Below are positions 20,160-30,364 of a stretch of DNA of 64,000 nucleotides, piece after piece. The position numbers and the translations under genes were made by a program. Each line of letters starts with the position of its first letter. The first letter of the stretch is position 1. Source of the stretch: an uncultured Alphaproteobacteria bacterium (GTDB taxonomy: Bacteria; Pseudomonadota; Alphaproteobacteria; CAVTAV01); the NCBI GenBank assembly GCA_963732795.1, contig CAVTAV010000001.1:230927-294926 (forward strand), in the 5' to 3' direction. The notes under the pieces were generated by a model that saw nothing but the letters and a program-made list of their open reading frames with translations, ran no database searches and was not told the origin of the DNA.

Positions 20160-20395
20160 TCCCCGCGAAAGCGGGGATCTATCTGGTTTTATTCGGGATT
20201 TTGGATTCCTGCTTGCGCGGGAATGACGGGATAGGCCGGATATACTCAGTAGCCGGGTATATATACAGTCACCCCAGCCGTACTCACTCCGTCATGCCAG
20301 CGAAGGCTGGCATCCAGGGCCTTTGAGTCTGGAAAAACGACAGAAATCTGCGCTTTGGCCGGCCTGGGCCCCAGCCTTCGCTGGGGCGACGACTT
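20160..20395. repeat. Intergenic mosaic repeat region, including dispersed hairpin repeat copy 2
   Basis: Hairpins CCCCGCGAAAGCGGGG (20160-20177) and TTCCTGCTTGCGCGGGAA, then tccgtcatgccagcgaaggctggcatccag (20288-20317) and ccccagccttcgctgggg (20360-20377). It matches the element at 5337-5430. Confidence 0.7.
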
Positions 20396-20414
20396 AGGGA
20401 ATCGCGAATCGGCC

Positions 20415-21176
20415 CTACGGTTCGTAGGAAATCGCGTCCTCGACGCCCTTCCACATCGCCTCACCGATCGGCCGCTCGGATTCCTCGAGCAAATGCCCGG
20501 CGAGGCCGGCGCAGCGGGCGGTGAGGACGATGCCGCGCATGGATTTGGCGGGAAGGCCCGCTTCGCCCAAGGCGGCGCCGATGGCGGCGGAGATGTTGGT
20601 TACCAGCTTGCGGCCGATTTCCTCCTCGATGCAGGACTCGAGCAAGCTCCAGGGTCTTGAGATAGACGCCGCTCGTGCCGGCATTGCGGGTGATGTCCAT
20701 CAGCCGGGCATAGCGCGGGTCGCCGTCGCGGTGGATCGGGTGGCCGAAGCCGGGGACCGGCGACTTGGTCGCCTTGAACTCGCGGAGCGACGCCCGGCAG
20801 GCGGCCTCGCGCTCGCCTTCGGGAACGACGACCAAGGGCTCCAGCATCTTGGCACAAGCGCTGGCGGTGCCGGCGAAGCGGTCGCCGACCCCGAGAAGAC
20901 CGGCCGCGATGGCGCCCTGATAGGATTCCGGCGCGCCGTAGATCGTGAGACGCGCGGCGACGGCGGAGGGCACGAGGCCGTGCTCCATGATCGTCACCAT
21001 GACCGCGTTCAGGATTTCCACCTGGGCCGGCTCGGGCGTCTTGCCCAGCATCTGCAGCAGGATCATCTCCGGGAAGCTGACCTTGCCCATCAACTCGGTG
21101 ACGAGGTTCTTGCCCCGCACCATGATGTTATCGGCGTCGTAGCCGCAGATGCTGGTGGTTCTTGCAATTTCCTTGG
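20415..21176 (-). pseudogene. Citrate-synthase-fold citryl-CoA lyase-like protein, one frameshift
   Basis: Putative GTG start with an AAGGGAG RBS. ...GFGHPIHRDGDPRYARL... (citrate synthase signature) in one frame. The C-terminal ~90 aa (20415-20684) is in another frame. Confidence 0.6.
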
Positions 21177-21199
21177 CCACGGGTCTGGCTCCCTTTCGC

Positions 21200-22342
21200 T
21201 TACAGGTCGACCGATTCGAGTTCCTTGCGGATTTCCGCACCATGCTCGTCCAAAGTCGGCGGCGCCACCACGTCGAGGCTCGCCTCCCGGTCGAAGGAGA
21301 GGGGGCTCCTGACGGTCGTGAACGGCCCCATCTCGGGATGGACGGTCGAGACCTTGATCTGGAGGTGCTGCGCCTGCGGGTCCTCCAGCGCCTCGTTCGA
21401 GTCATAGGCCGCGGAATAGGGCATGTCGCGCGCGCCGAGCTGCTCGCACCATTCGTCGCGCGTCCGGGTCTTGAAGATCGGCGTCATGATCTCGATGAGA
21501 TCGTCCTGGTGCGCGATCCGGGCCGGCCGCTCGGCGAAGCGCGGATCGGTCAGCAGATCCGGCCGCTCGATCGCGTCGCAGAGGCCCTCCCAGAACTTGA
21601 CCGGCGAGGACATATGTAACGCCACCCATTTGCCGTCTTTGCATTCGAAGACATAGGACTGGGAGACGCTCGGCCGGCTATAGGGATTCATGATCTCGCC
21701 GACCGAGAAATAGTGGGTGTAGGAATTGAGATTGAAATGGCACATGGCCTCCAGCATCGAGATATCGATGCGGCGGCCTTTGCCGGTTTTCTGGCGTTCG
21801 AACAGCGCGCCGAGAATGCCGAGCGCGGCATAGAAGCCGGTCATGGAATTGGCGAGCGCTGGACCTAAAACGCGCGGATGATCCGGCGGCGTGACCAGGC
21901 GAAGCCAGCCGCTCGCCGCCTGGGCGACCGTATCGAAGGCGGGGCGGTCCTTGGACGGGCCGCTCGTGCCGAAGCCCGAAATCGCGCAATAGATAAGGCC
22001 GGGATTGATCTCCTGCAGCTCCTTCTCGCCCGCGCCGAGCTTCTCGGCGACGCCGGGACGGAAGTTCTGGATGAAGGCGTCGGCGGTCTTGATGAGCTTG
22101 TGGAAGACCTTGCGGTCCTCCGGGTCTGTGGTGTCGAGGGCGATGCTGCGCTTGTTGCGATTATAGGTCTGGTAATGCGGGCTGTAGAGGCCGCCCTTGA
22201 AGGCGCGGAACGGATCGCCCACGCCCGGCCGCTCGACCTTGATGACGTCCGCGCCGAGATCGGCGAGATGCATCGCGGCGGCAGGGCCGGTGATAAAGGT
22301 CCCGAGCTCGACCACGCGCATACCTTGAAGCACTTTGACCAT
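21200..22342 (-). CDS. CaiB/BaiF family III CoA-transferase
   Basis: 380-aa intact ORF beginning MVKVLQGMRVVELGTFITGPAAAMHLADLGADVIKVERPGVGDP, the typical family III CoA-transferase N-terminus. Confidence 0.82.
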   Translation of the reverse strand: MVKVLQGMRVVELGTFITGPAAAMHLADLGADVIKVERPGVGDPFRAFKGGLYSPHYQTYNRNKRSIALDTTDPEDRKVFHKLIKTADAFIQNFRPGVAEKLGAGEKELQEINPGLIYCAISGFGTSGPSKDRPAFDTVAQAASGWLRLVTPPDHPRVLGPALANSMTGFYAALGILGALFERQKTGKGRRIDISMLEAMCHFNLNSYTHYFSVGEIMNPYSRPSVSQSYVFECKDGKWVALHMSSPVKFWEGLCDAIERPDLLTDPRFAERPARIAHQDDLIEIMTPIFKTRTRDEWCEQLGARDMPYSAAYDSNEALEDPQAQHLQIKVSTVHPEMGPFTTVRSPLSFDREASLDVVAPPTLDEHGAEIRKELESVDL

Positions 22343-22544
22343 GATTTCCCCTGGAGTTCCTGACCCTGTCTGGAAGCGGCGCGATCATACGGAATGGCCC
22401 CAAACCCCGCAACCGGCTAGCGCCCGTTTTCGGCCCGGGCCGAGCGGGGCAAGTTGCCTGTTGCCTCATCGGGCCGGCCAAGCGATAACTTGGGGCCGCA
22501 CCGACTGGTAACTCTATGATTGATTCGAGGTAAGGGGGGCCTAA

Positions 22545-23578
22545 TGGCTGACAAACTTTTCCCGTGCACGCTCGTGGGCAGCTATGTGCAGCCCGACTGG
22601 CTCATGGACAAGAAGAAACTAAAGGGCCGGTTTCCGCCGCGCGTGAGGGCGAAGGAGCTGTGGCGCGTCGCCCCCGAATTTCTCGAAGAGGCCCAGGACG
22701 ACGCTACCCGCCTAGCAATCGACGATCAGGAAGAGGCCGGGCTCGATATCGTCACCGACGGCGAAATCCGCCGCGAGAGCTACTCGAACCTGTTCTCGAA
22801 CGCGTTGGACGGCATCGATATCGACAATCCCGGCCAAGCCCTCGACCGCAGCGGCGAGCCGGTCTATGTCCCCCGCATCACAGGGCCGATCAAGCGCACC
22901 AAGCCGATCTGCGTGAAGGATGTCGAGTTTCTGAAAGCGCACACCTCGAAGCAGACCAAGATCACCGTCCCTGGACCGTTCACCATGTCGGAGCAGGCTC
23001 AGGACGAGTATTACAAATCCGGCCCCGAGCGCTCGATGGCCTATGCCGCCGCGCTCAACGAGGAGATCAAGGATCTGTTCAAGGCCGGCGTGGACATCGT
23101 CTCGATCGATGAGCCCTATATGCAGGCCCGCTACGAGAAGGCGCGGGAATACGGCGTCGCAGCGCTGAACCGGGCGCTCGAAGACGTCGGCGGCAAGACC
23201 TGCGTCCATATCTGTTTCGGCTATGCCGCGCTGATCCATGAACGCCCTCCCGGCTATTTCTTCCTGCCCGAATTCGAGGATACGCGGGTCAATCAGATCT
23301 CGATCGAAACGGCACAGTCCAATCTCGATTGCACCGTGCTGGAGAAGCTGTCGACGAAGGAGATCGTGCTCGGCGTCATCGATCTTTCGACCGAGGAAGT
23401 CGAGACGGTCGAGACGGTCAAGTCGCGGGTCAAGCGTGCCCTCGACCATTTCCCGGCCGAACGGCTCACCCTCGCTCCCGATTGCGGCATGAAATATATC
23501 TCGCGCGAGTCCGCCATGGGCAAGCTCAAGGCGATGACCCAAGCCGCCGCCGAGTTGCGCGAGGAAGTCGGCAAGTAG
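22545..23578 (+). CDS. Cobalamin-independent methionine synthase (MetE) C-terminal-domain-like protein
   Basis: ~344-aa ORF from MADKLFPCTLVGSY... with ...CVHICFGY... and ...LTLAPDCGMKY..., the Zn-binding MetE catalytic-domain pattern. Confidence 0.72.
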
Positions 23579-23667
23579 AGGGCTACAAATACCGTCATCG
23601 CGAGGCGCAAAGCGCCGCGGCGATCCAGGCAGGCTGGATTGCTTCACTCCGTTCGCAATGACAACAG

Positions 23668-24642
23668 CTACGCCGCCCGCCCGCGCTGATAGAGGAAATT
23701 CCCGGCGATCTGTTCGGCCATGCGGAAGGCCGTGCGGGTGACCGCGGAACGGATAGCGGGGGGATTGTCGCCGAGATCGGCGTCGGCCCAATCCGCGAGG
23801 TCGTTGAATCCGACCGTTTGGAACCGGTCGCGGTTGTCGGCGAGGAATTTGCAGAGGCCGAGGAACCGGGCGCGCACGATCTTTTCGAGACGCGTCTTGT
23901 CCCGGCTCAGGAGCTCCGAACTGTGCAGGACGATCGATGCGGCGCGCGCCCCGGCGGCTTCTAGGCCCGAGAGCACGTGACGCATCTCGGCGAAGGAGCA
24001 GGCGCAAAGCTGCAAAGCCCGGATATGGTTTGGACCGTCATGGAACCAGGTCACGGGCACTTCCGTCACGCCGCCGATCCGAACCGGTCCGGTGAGCCGG
24101 TCGGGCCATGAAATGGCGCAGGGATTGCCGAGAAAAGCCGCGTTGTAGCTGGCGTCGTACCGGAACCCTTGCTCACCGAGCGCCGTCAAGGTGTCGTCAT
24201 TGGCGCCGTAATTGCCGGCGCGGAAGGCGGTGACATCCGAGACGCCCGCCGCCTCAAGATTGCGCTTGCCGATGGCCAGAATCGCTGCCTGCTCGGCGAC
24301 GGGCAATTCGGTCAGGTTCTCGGCCCTGCGGCCGGCGAAGGCGTCTGGCGCGTGCTCCATCCATTCGCAATGGGTGTGGAGTTGGACTTCCTGATGGTGG
24401 GCCTGGGCGACCTCGACGATTTCCTCGAGGTGGCGCGGGCCGAACACCGAAGCATGAAGCGCCTCGGTGAAGAACACCGCCTTCAATCCGTGGTCTTGAA
24501 ACTGCTGTGAGAGATAGCGGACGCCGAACGCGCCTTCGCTGCACTCGCCCCAGATGCCCTCCCTGACGAGCCGGCCGAAATCGATGTCGGGACGCGGGCG
24601 CGGGATCGCCGTTTCGGTGTCGATGGTGATGAAGACATTCAC
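23668..24642 (-). CDS. Polysaccharide deacetylase family protein (hypothetical)
   Basis: 324-aa ORF beginning MNVFITIDTE..., resembling the NodB-fold deacetylase N-terminus. This is a tentative call. Confidence 0.5.
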   Translation of the reverse strand: MNVFITIDTETAIPRPRPDIDFGRLVREGIWGECSEGAFGVRYLSQQFQDHGLKAVFFTEALHASVFGPRHLEEIVEVAQAHHQEVQLHTHCEWMEHAPDAFAGRRAENLTELPVAEQAAILAIGKRNLEAAGVSDVTAFRAGNYGANDDTLTALGEQGFRYDASYNAAFLGNPCAISWPDRLTGPVRIGGVTEVPVTWFHDGPNHIRALQLCACSFAEMRHVLSGLEAAGARAASIVLHSSELLSRDKTRLEKIVRARFLGLCKFLADNRDRFQTVGFNDLADWADADLGDNPPAIRSAVTRTAFRMAEQIAGNFLYQRGRAA

Positions 24643-24675
24643 GTTACGCGCCCATACTCCGGCAGACCGACGCCG

Positions 24676-26500
24676 TCACTCCACGGTGACGGACTTCGCG
24701 AGGTTGCGCGGCTGGTCCACATCCGTGCCCTTCAAGACCGCCACATAATAGGCGAGGAGCTGAACCGGGATCGCATAGAGGATCGGCGCGACGAAATCGC
24801 CGACCTTGGGCAACTCGATGGTGGCCCAAGCCTGGCTGCCTTCGCTCTTGATGCCTTCGTGGTCGCTGATCAAAACGACCCGCCCGCCGCGCGCGATGAC
24901 TTCCTGGGTGTTCGAGACGGTTTTTTCGAACAGCCGGCCAGACGGCGCGATTACGACCACCGGCACCTTCTCGTCGATCAGCGCGATCGGTCCGTGCTTC
25001 ATTTCGCCGGCCGCGTAGCCTTCGGCATGGATATAGGAGATTTCCTTGAGCTTCAGTGCGCCTTCGAGCGCGATCGGGAAGGTCGAGCCGCGCCCGAGAT
25101 AGAGCACATCGCGCACACCTTCGAATTTCTTGGCAAGCTCTTCGATCGCCTCGTCGTTCTTCAGCACTTCGGCCGCCCGCGCGGGCACTTCGCCGATCAG
25201 TTCGGACAGCCGCGCCTCGTCCGTGGCATTGATCGCCTTGCGCGCCCGCGCCGTCGCGATGGCGAGGCAGGCGAGGACGGTCAATTGGCAGGTGAAGGCC
25301 TTGGTCGAGGCGACGCCGATCTCGGGGCCGGCATGGGTCGGGAAGATGACGTCGGATTCGCGCGCGATCGTGCTTTCCGGCACGTTCACGATCGACGCGA
25401 TGTGCTGCTTCTGCTCGCGGCAATAGCGGAGCGACGCCAGAGTGTCGGCTGTCTCGCCGGATTGCGAGATGAAGACGGCAAGTCCGCCCTCGGGCATGGC
25501 CGCTTCGCGATAACGGAATTCGGACGCGATATCGACCTCGACTGCCACCCGCGCGATCCGCTCCAGCCAGACCTTGGCGACGAGGCCGGCATAATAGGAC
25601 GTGCCGCAGGCGATGATGGTGATCCGGGGCACCTTGGCCAGATCGAAATCGAGATTCGGCAGGCGGATTGTGCGCTCGAGCGGATGGAAATAGGTGTTCA
25701 AGCGTATCGCCGATCACGCCCGGCTGCTCGTGGATTTCCTTGAGCATGAAATGGCGGTAATTGCCCTTCTCCATCGAGCCGGCGCTGACCGTCGAGAGAA
25801 CGACGGGCCTGTCGACGACCTCGTCCTTTTCGTTCCGGACCGTTACGCCTTCGCGGCTGAGCTCCGCCCAGTCGCCGTCCTCGAGATAGATGATCTTGTT
25901 GGTCAACGGGGCGAGGGCGAGGGCGTCCGAGCCGACATACATCTCGCCGTCGCCGATACCGACCGCAAGCGGGGGGCCTTGGCGGGCGCAGATCATGAGG
26001 TCCGGGTGATCGCGGAAGATGATGGCGATGGCGAAAGCGCCCTGAAGCCGCTTCAGCGCTTTGGACGCCGCCTCCTGCGGGCTCATATTGCTGCGCAGGA
26101 AATCCGTGACGAGATGGGCGATGACCTCGGTGTCGGTCTCGGTGCGCATCTCGTGGCCGCGCGCCGTCAGCTCCTCGCGCAGCTCGCGGAAATTCTCGAT
26201 GATGCCGTTATGGACGACGGCGACGACGTCGGTCGCATGGGGATGGGCGTTGATCTCGTTCGGCACGCCGTGGGTAGCCCAACGGGTATGGCCGATGCCG
26301 ATCCGGCCGGGCAGGGGGTTCTTCTCCAGGCGGTCGGTCAGTTTGGTCAGCTTGCCCTCGGCGCGGCGGCGCTCGATATGGCCGTTCACGAGGGTGGCGA
26401 CCCCGGCGGAGTCATAACCGCGATATTCGAGCCGCTTCAGCCCCTCGACGATCAGGGGAGCGACGTCCCGTTCCGCGATGATTCCGACGATCCCGCACAT
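24676..26500 (-). pseudogene. glmS: Glutamine--fructose-6-phosphate aminotransferase (isomerising), one frameshift
   Basis: MCGIVGII... Ntn-glutaminase domain (ORF to ~25700), then the SIS domains in a second frame ending ...NLAKSVTVE. Confidence 0.8.
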
Positions 26501-26507
26501 ATTCCTT

Positions 26508-27921
26508 TTAGTCCTTGGTCCGCTTGCGTTCGACCGATTGGGGGTTCGGCTTCGGGACCTTGCCCGAGGCTTTCTCCGCCGCCTTGCGCTTACGATACCG
26601 CGCAGCGGCTTCCGGACGGTTAACCTGATCGGCCCGCGTCACCGCAAATCCGTCTTTTTCGACATTCTTGGTGATCACGCTGCCGGCCCCGGTAAAGGCC
26701 CCGTCATCCACCGTAATCGGCGGCACCAGGGTCGAGTTCGAGCCGATAAAGGCGCCCGCGCCAATGATAGTGAGATGTTTGTTGAAGCCGTCGTAATTGC
26801 AAGTGATCGTGCCCGCACCGATATTCGCGCCCGGTCCGACCCAGGCATCGCCGATATAGCTCAGGTGATTGGCCTTCGCGCCTTCGCCGAGGACGGCGTT
26901 CTTGATCTCGACGAAGTTGCCGACATGGGCCTGGGCCGAGACATCCGCGCCGGGCCGGAGCCGCGCAAACGGGCCGATGATGGCGCCGTCGCTTATTTTC
27001 GCGCCTTCCAGGTGGCAAAATGCATTGATCGTGACATTGTCGCCGACCGTGACGCCGGGGCCGAACACGACATTGGGGCCGACCGTGACGTCGCGGCCGA
27101 GCGTCGTGTCGTGGCTGAAATAAACCGTCGCGGGATCCTGCAGGGTCGCGCCCTCGGCCATGGCCTTTTGGCGGAGCCGCTTCTGCATTACCGCTTCGAC
27201 CAGAGCCAGCTCGTCGCGGGAATTGACGCCCAGGACCTCTTCCTCTTCGCCTTCGACGACGACGGAGGGGAGATTGCGCCGGCGGGCGATGGCGATGATG
27301 TCGGTGAGGTAATATTCCCCCTTGGCGTTGTCGTTGCCGACTTCGCGCAGGAGATCGAACAGGATCGCCCCGTCCGCCACCATCACGCCGGAATTACAGA
27401 GATCGATCGCGCGTATCTCGGGGCTCGCGTCCTTAAATTCGACGATTTCCTCCAGAACGCCGCCGTTGACGACCAGCCGCCCATATTGTGCGGGGTCCTT
27501 GGGCCGGAAGCCGAGCACCACGACGGCGGGTTTGGTGCCGTTTGTGCCCGCCGGAGTGCGGCGAGCGGCAAGCATCCGTTCGATCGTCTCCTTGCGCACA
27601 AGGGGGTCGGCGGCAAACAGGATCACGACGTCGCCCGCAAAACCGTCCATTTCCTCGGCGGCGGCGAGCACGGCATGACCGGTGCCGAGCTGTTCTTCCT
27701 GCACCGCGATCTTGGCGGAATTCGCAGGCCGCGCGGACCTCTTCCTGGCCCGGTGACGTCACGACGACGACGCGTTTCGGATCGAGGCTGCGGCTCGTTT
27801 CCAGCACGTGCGCGAGCATGGGCCGGCCGGCGACCGGGTGCATGACCTTCGGAAGCGCCGACTTCATGCGCGTTCCCTGACCGGCGGCCAGAATGATCAC
27901 ACCGATGTCCGAAATTGACAT
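26508..27921 (-). pseudogene. glmU: Bifunctional UDP-N-acetylglucosamine pyrophosphorylase / glucosamine-1-phosphate N-acetyltransferase, one frameshift
   Basis: N-terminal fragment [21 protein letters not shown]... (27433-27921). The rest, with the left-handed beta-helix hexapeptide repeats, is in a second frame (26508-27704). Confidence 0.8.
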
Positions 27922-28141
27922 ATCGTTGATTTTAAACTAGAATTTTCGCGTTTAGACCAGCGGGCGCCGGGAAATTTGCCATCTCGGCCGTTAAGATTGC
28001 GATAATGCTGATGAGCCCTTAGCGGCTTGTCAATGCTGTCGCCAGCGGCAAGAGCCGAGAATCCCAGCCGGCCCGCCATGTTAGGGGAAGCAAGGAGTAC
28101 TGGCGCCGCGGCGTATCGGACGGCCCAAAACGGCAAAGACT

Positions 28142-28156
28142 GTTTCAATTTGAAAC
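28142..28156. promoter_or_regulatory. Perfect palindrome GTTTCAA-T-TTGAAAC in the long 5' region of the Asp/Asn beta-hydroxylase-like gene
   Basis: Read directly at 28142-28156, ~165 nt upstream of the ATG at 28319, inside an unusually long (~400 bp) intergenic region. Confidence 0.35.
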
Positions 28157-28318
28157 CGGAAAACGGCGGCTTTTCGTCCTAAAGTCGAACGCCGAGCTGT
28201 TTGTGGACGAAAGAAGGTCCGGTAACCGTCGGTAAAGCGCGGTATGGCATGAATAATGCTGTTCAAGGGACCAAGTGATCCCGCGTTTGGGGACGTTTTT
28301 TGAGGAAAGTAGCTTTCT

Positions 28319-29392
28319 ATGGTGTCGCAAAGTAACCGCGTTGCAGTGACAGACGAGCATCACGCAGCCGAGGCAGCGAACGACGATATCGCCAAAGACC
28401 CGGTTTTCAAGAAGCGGTCGTTCCTGAAGCTGCCGGCCGAGATCGATTTCAAGCGCCTGATCGACGAGTACAACAGCATCCCCGAGGATGCCTGGGGCAC
28501 GAGCTTCTGGGACGCCCATTGCTCGATCGACGTGCTGACGCTCCGCGCCGGCACCAACGGCGACGACACGGATTACATCACCGACAGTGTCAGCGACAAC
28601 CCGATCCTGAAGGACTATCCCTATATGTCCTGGCTTCTGAGCGAGGACAGCCCGTTCGGCCGAACGCTCTACGCCGTGATGTTCAGGATGCGCCCGAACG
28701 GCATCACCCGCATTCACCCCGACAATCACGAGGCCTGGGAAGCCACCCAGCGCATTCATTTTCCGCTCGTCACCAATCCCGACGCCTACCTGATGGCGGA
28801 AGGCCGCGCCAAGCACATTCCGATCGGCGAGGTCTGGACCTTCAACAATCAGGAGCTCCATTCGGTCGTCAATGGCGACACGCTCAGGTGTCATCTGGTG
28901 ATCGACGTTCGCCCCAACCCCAAGCTCCGCGAGTTGATGAAGAACGCGGTCTACGATCCCGGCGAGAAGCGTCCGGATCTCTGGGAGTTGACCGGCGGCC
29001 CGTCGTCCCTCGGCCGCACGCTGCCCTTGATCTACGGCTGGGCGCGTCCGCTTTCGGCCAAGGACAAGCGGTTGAACGGCCTGCCGCGCGACGGTTTCGG
29101 CTCGCTGATCGAAGCGCTCGGCAAGCGAGCCAAGATCCTTCGGTCGCCGCTCAAGGTCGGCGACATCATGACCCATGTGAACGGCGTCGACACCAATCCG
29201 ACGGCTCGCACCGCCTTCGATCATATCGAGATGAACCATCTTCCCGGCGAGACGATCACGGTCGGCATCATCCGTGATGGCAAGCCGATGGACGTCAAGA
29301 TCAAGCTCAAGCCGGCGAACTATTTCGGCGTCTTCGGCCGTCTGCTCGGTGAGCAGAAGCCGGACGATTTCCAGTCAGCCTATACCGACTGA
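28319..29392 (+). CDS. Aspartyl/asparaginyl beta-hydroxylase-family (cupin) protein with a C-terminal PDZ domain
   Basis: 357-aa intact ORF. The central region ...RIHPDNHEAW...HFPLVTNPDAYLMAEGRAKHIPIGEVWTFNNQELHSVVNGDTLRCHLVIDV resembles Asp beta-hydroxylase/LpxO-like 2OG oxygenases. The C-terminal ~80 aa (...VGDIMTHVNGVD...ETITVGIIRDGKPMDVKIKL) is PDZ-like. Confidence 0.6.
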   Translation: MVSQSNRVAVTDEHHAAEAANDDIAKDPVFKKRSFLKLPAEIDFKRLIDEYNSIPEDAWGTSFWDAHCSIDVLTLRAGTNGDDTDYITDSVSDNPILKDYPYMSWLLSEDSPFGRTLYAVMFRMRPNGITRIHPDNHEAWEATQRIHFPLVTNPDAYLMAEGRAKHIPIGEVWTFNNQELHSVVNGDTLRCHLVIDVRPNPKLRELMKNAVYDPGEKRPDLWELTGGPSSLGRTLPLIYGWARPLSAKDKRLNGLPRDGFGSLIEALGKRAKILRSPLKVGDIMTHVNGVDTNPTARTAFDHIEMNHLPGETITVGIIRDGKPMDVKIKLKPANYFGVFGRLLGEQKPDDFQSAYTD

Positions 29393-29475
29393 TCCCATCG
29401 GGTGTTACAGTGGCCGGGTCCCCGCGTTGAAAGGCGCGGGGACCTTGCTTTTCTGATCCGATCGAAGGAACCCTC

Positions 29476-30144
29476 TTGGCCGCCCGCAACTTCGTCGTCT
29501 TCGATCTCGACGGCACCCTGATCGACACCGCGCCGGACCTGACGGCGGCGCTGAACCATGTCCTGAAAACACTCGACCGGCCGACCGTGCCGGAAGACTC
29601 CGTCCGTCACATGGTGGGGCATGGCGCGCGGATACTCCTCAAGCGGGGCCTCGCCGCGTCGGGGCCGGAGCTTTCGGACGAGCAAATCGAGGCCCTGATG
29701 CCCGCCTTCCTGGATTATTACGGCCTGCATGTCGCGGACCGCAGCGTGCCGTTCCCCGGCATGGCGGCGGCGCTCGACGAACTCGCCGCCGAGGGCGCGC
29801 GTTTCGCGATCTGCACTAACAAGCCCGAAGCTCTATCGGTGAGCCTGATCCTGACGCTCGGCCTCGCCAAGCGCTTCCCGGTGATCGTCGGCGCCGACAC
29901 CTTGCCGGTCCGAAAGCCCGATCCCCGGCCTTTGGCCCACGCCGTCCAGCGCCTCGGTGGCGACCTCGCCCGCACCATCTATATCGGCGACAGCGAAACC
30001 GACCTCAAAACCGCCCGCGCCGCCGGCGTCCCCGTCATCCTGGTCTCCTGGGGCTACACGCCCGTGCCGGCCGTCGAGCTCGGCGCCGACCGCCTGATCG
30101 AGCAATTTTCGGAGCTTCCCGACGCGGTACGCGCCTTCGCTTGA
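29476..30144 (+). CDS. gph: HAD-family hydrolase, phosphoglycolate phosphatase-like
   Basis: TTG start. FVVFDLDGTLIDT (HAD motif I) and ...IYIGDSETDLKTARAAGVPVILVSWGY (motifs III/IV). Confidence 0.7.
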   Translation: MAARNFVVFDLDGTLIDTAPDLTAALNHVLKTLDRPTVPEDSVRHMVGHGARILLKRGLAASGPELSDEQIEALMPAFLDYYGLHVADRSVPFPGMAAALDELAAEGARFAICTNKPEALSVSLILTLGLAKRFPVIVGADTLPVRKPDPRPLAHAVQRLGGDLARTIYIGDSETDLKTARAAGVPVILVSWGYTPVPAVELGADRLIEQFSELPDAVRAFA

Positions 30145-30181
30145 CAGCCGAGGGGTCAAGCCGTACCAGATGACACCCTTC

Positions 30182-30259
30182 GGGGGCGATTAGCTCAGTT
30201 GGTAGAGCACTGTGTTCACATCGCAGGGGTCACTGGTTCGAGTCCAGTATCGCCCACCA
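30182..30259 (+). tRNA. tRNA-Val (anticodon CAC), CCA encoded
   Basis: Cloverleaf: acceptor GGGGGCG/CGCCC(C), D-arm TAGCTCAGTTGGTAGAGCA, anticodon stem CTGTG/CGCAG with loop TTCACAT (anticodon CAC), T-arm GGTTCGAGTCC, 3' ACCA. Confidence 0.85.
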
Positions 30260-30364
30260 CGCTTCGCCCTTACGGGCTACGCGGGGCGCGGCCACGGGAA
30301 GACCGTTAGGCCGAAGCAGTGTCCGGCGTAGCTGAGCGCCGCGAAGCGAAGACGGACCGAAGAC

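Noticed and set aside
28219-28244. A GTAACC hexamer upstream of the Asp beta-hydroxylase-like gene as a third SigF promoter
   Set aside because: The sequence 16 nt downstream is ATGG, not CGAA.
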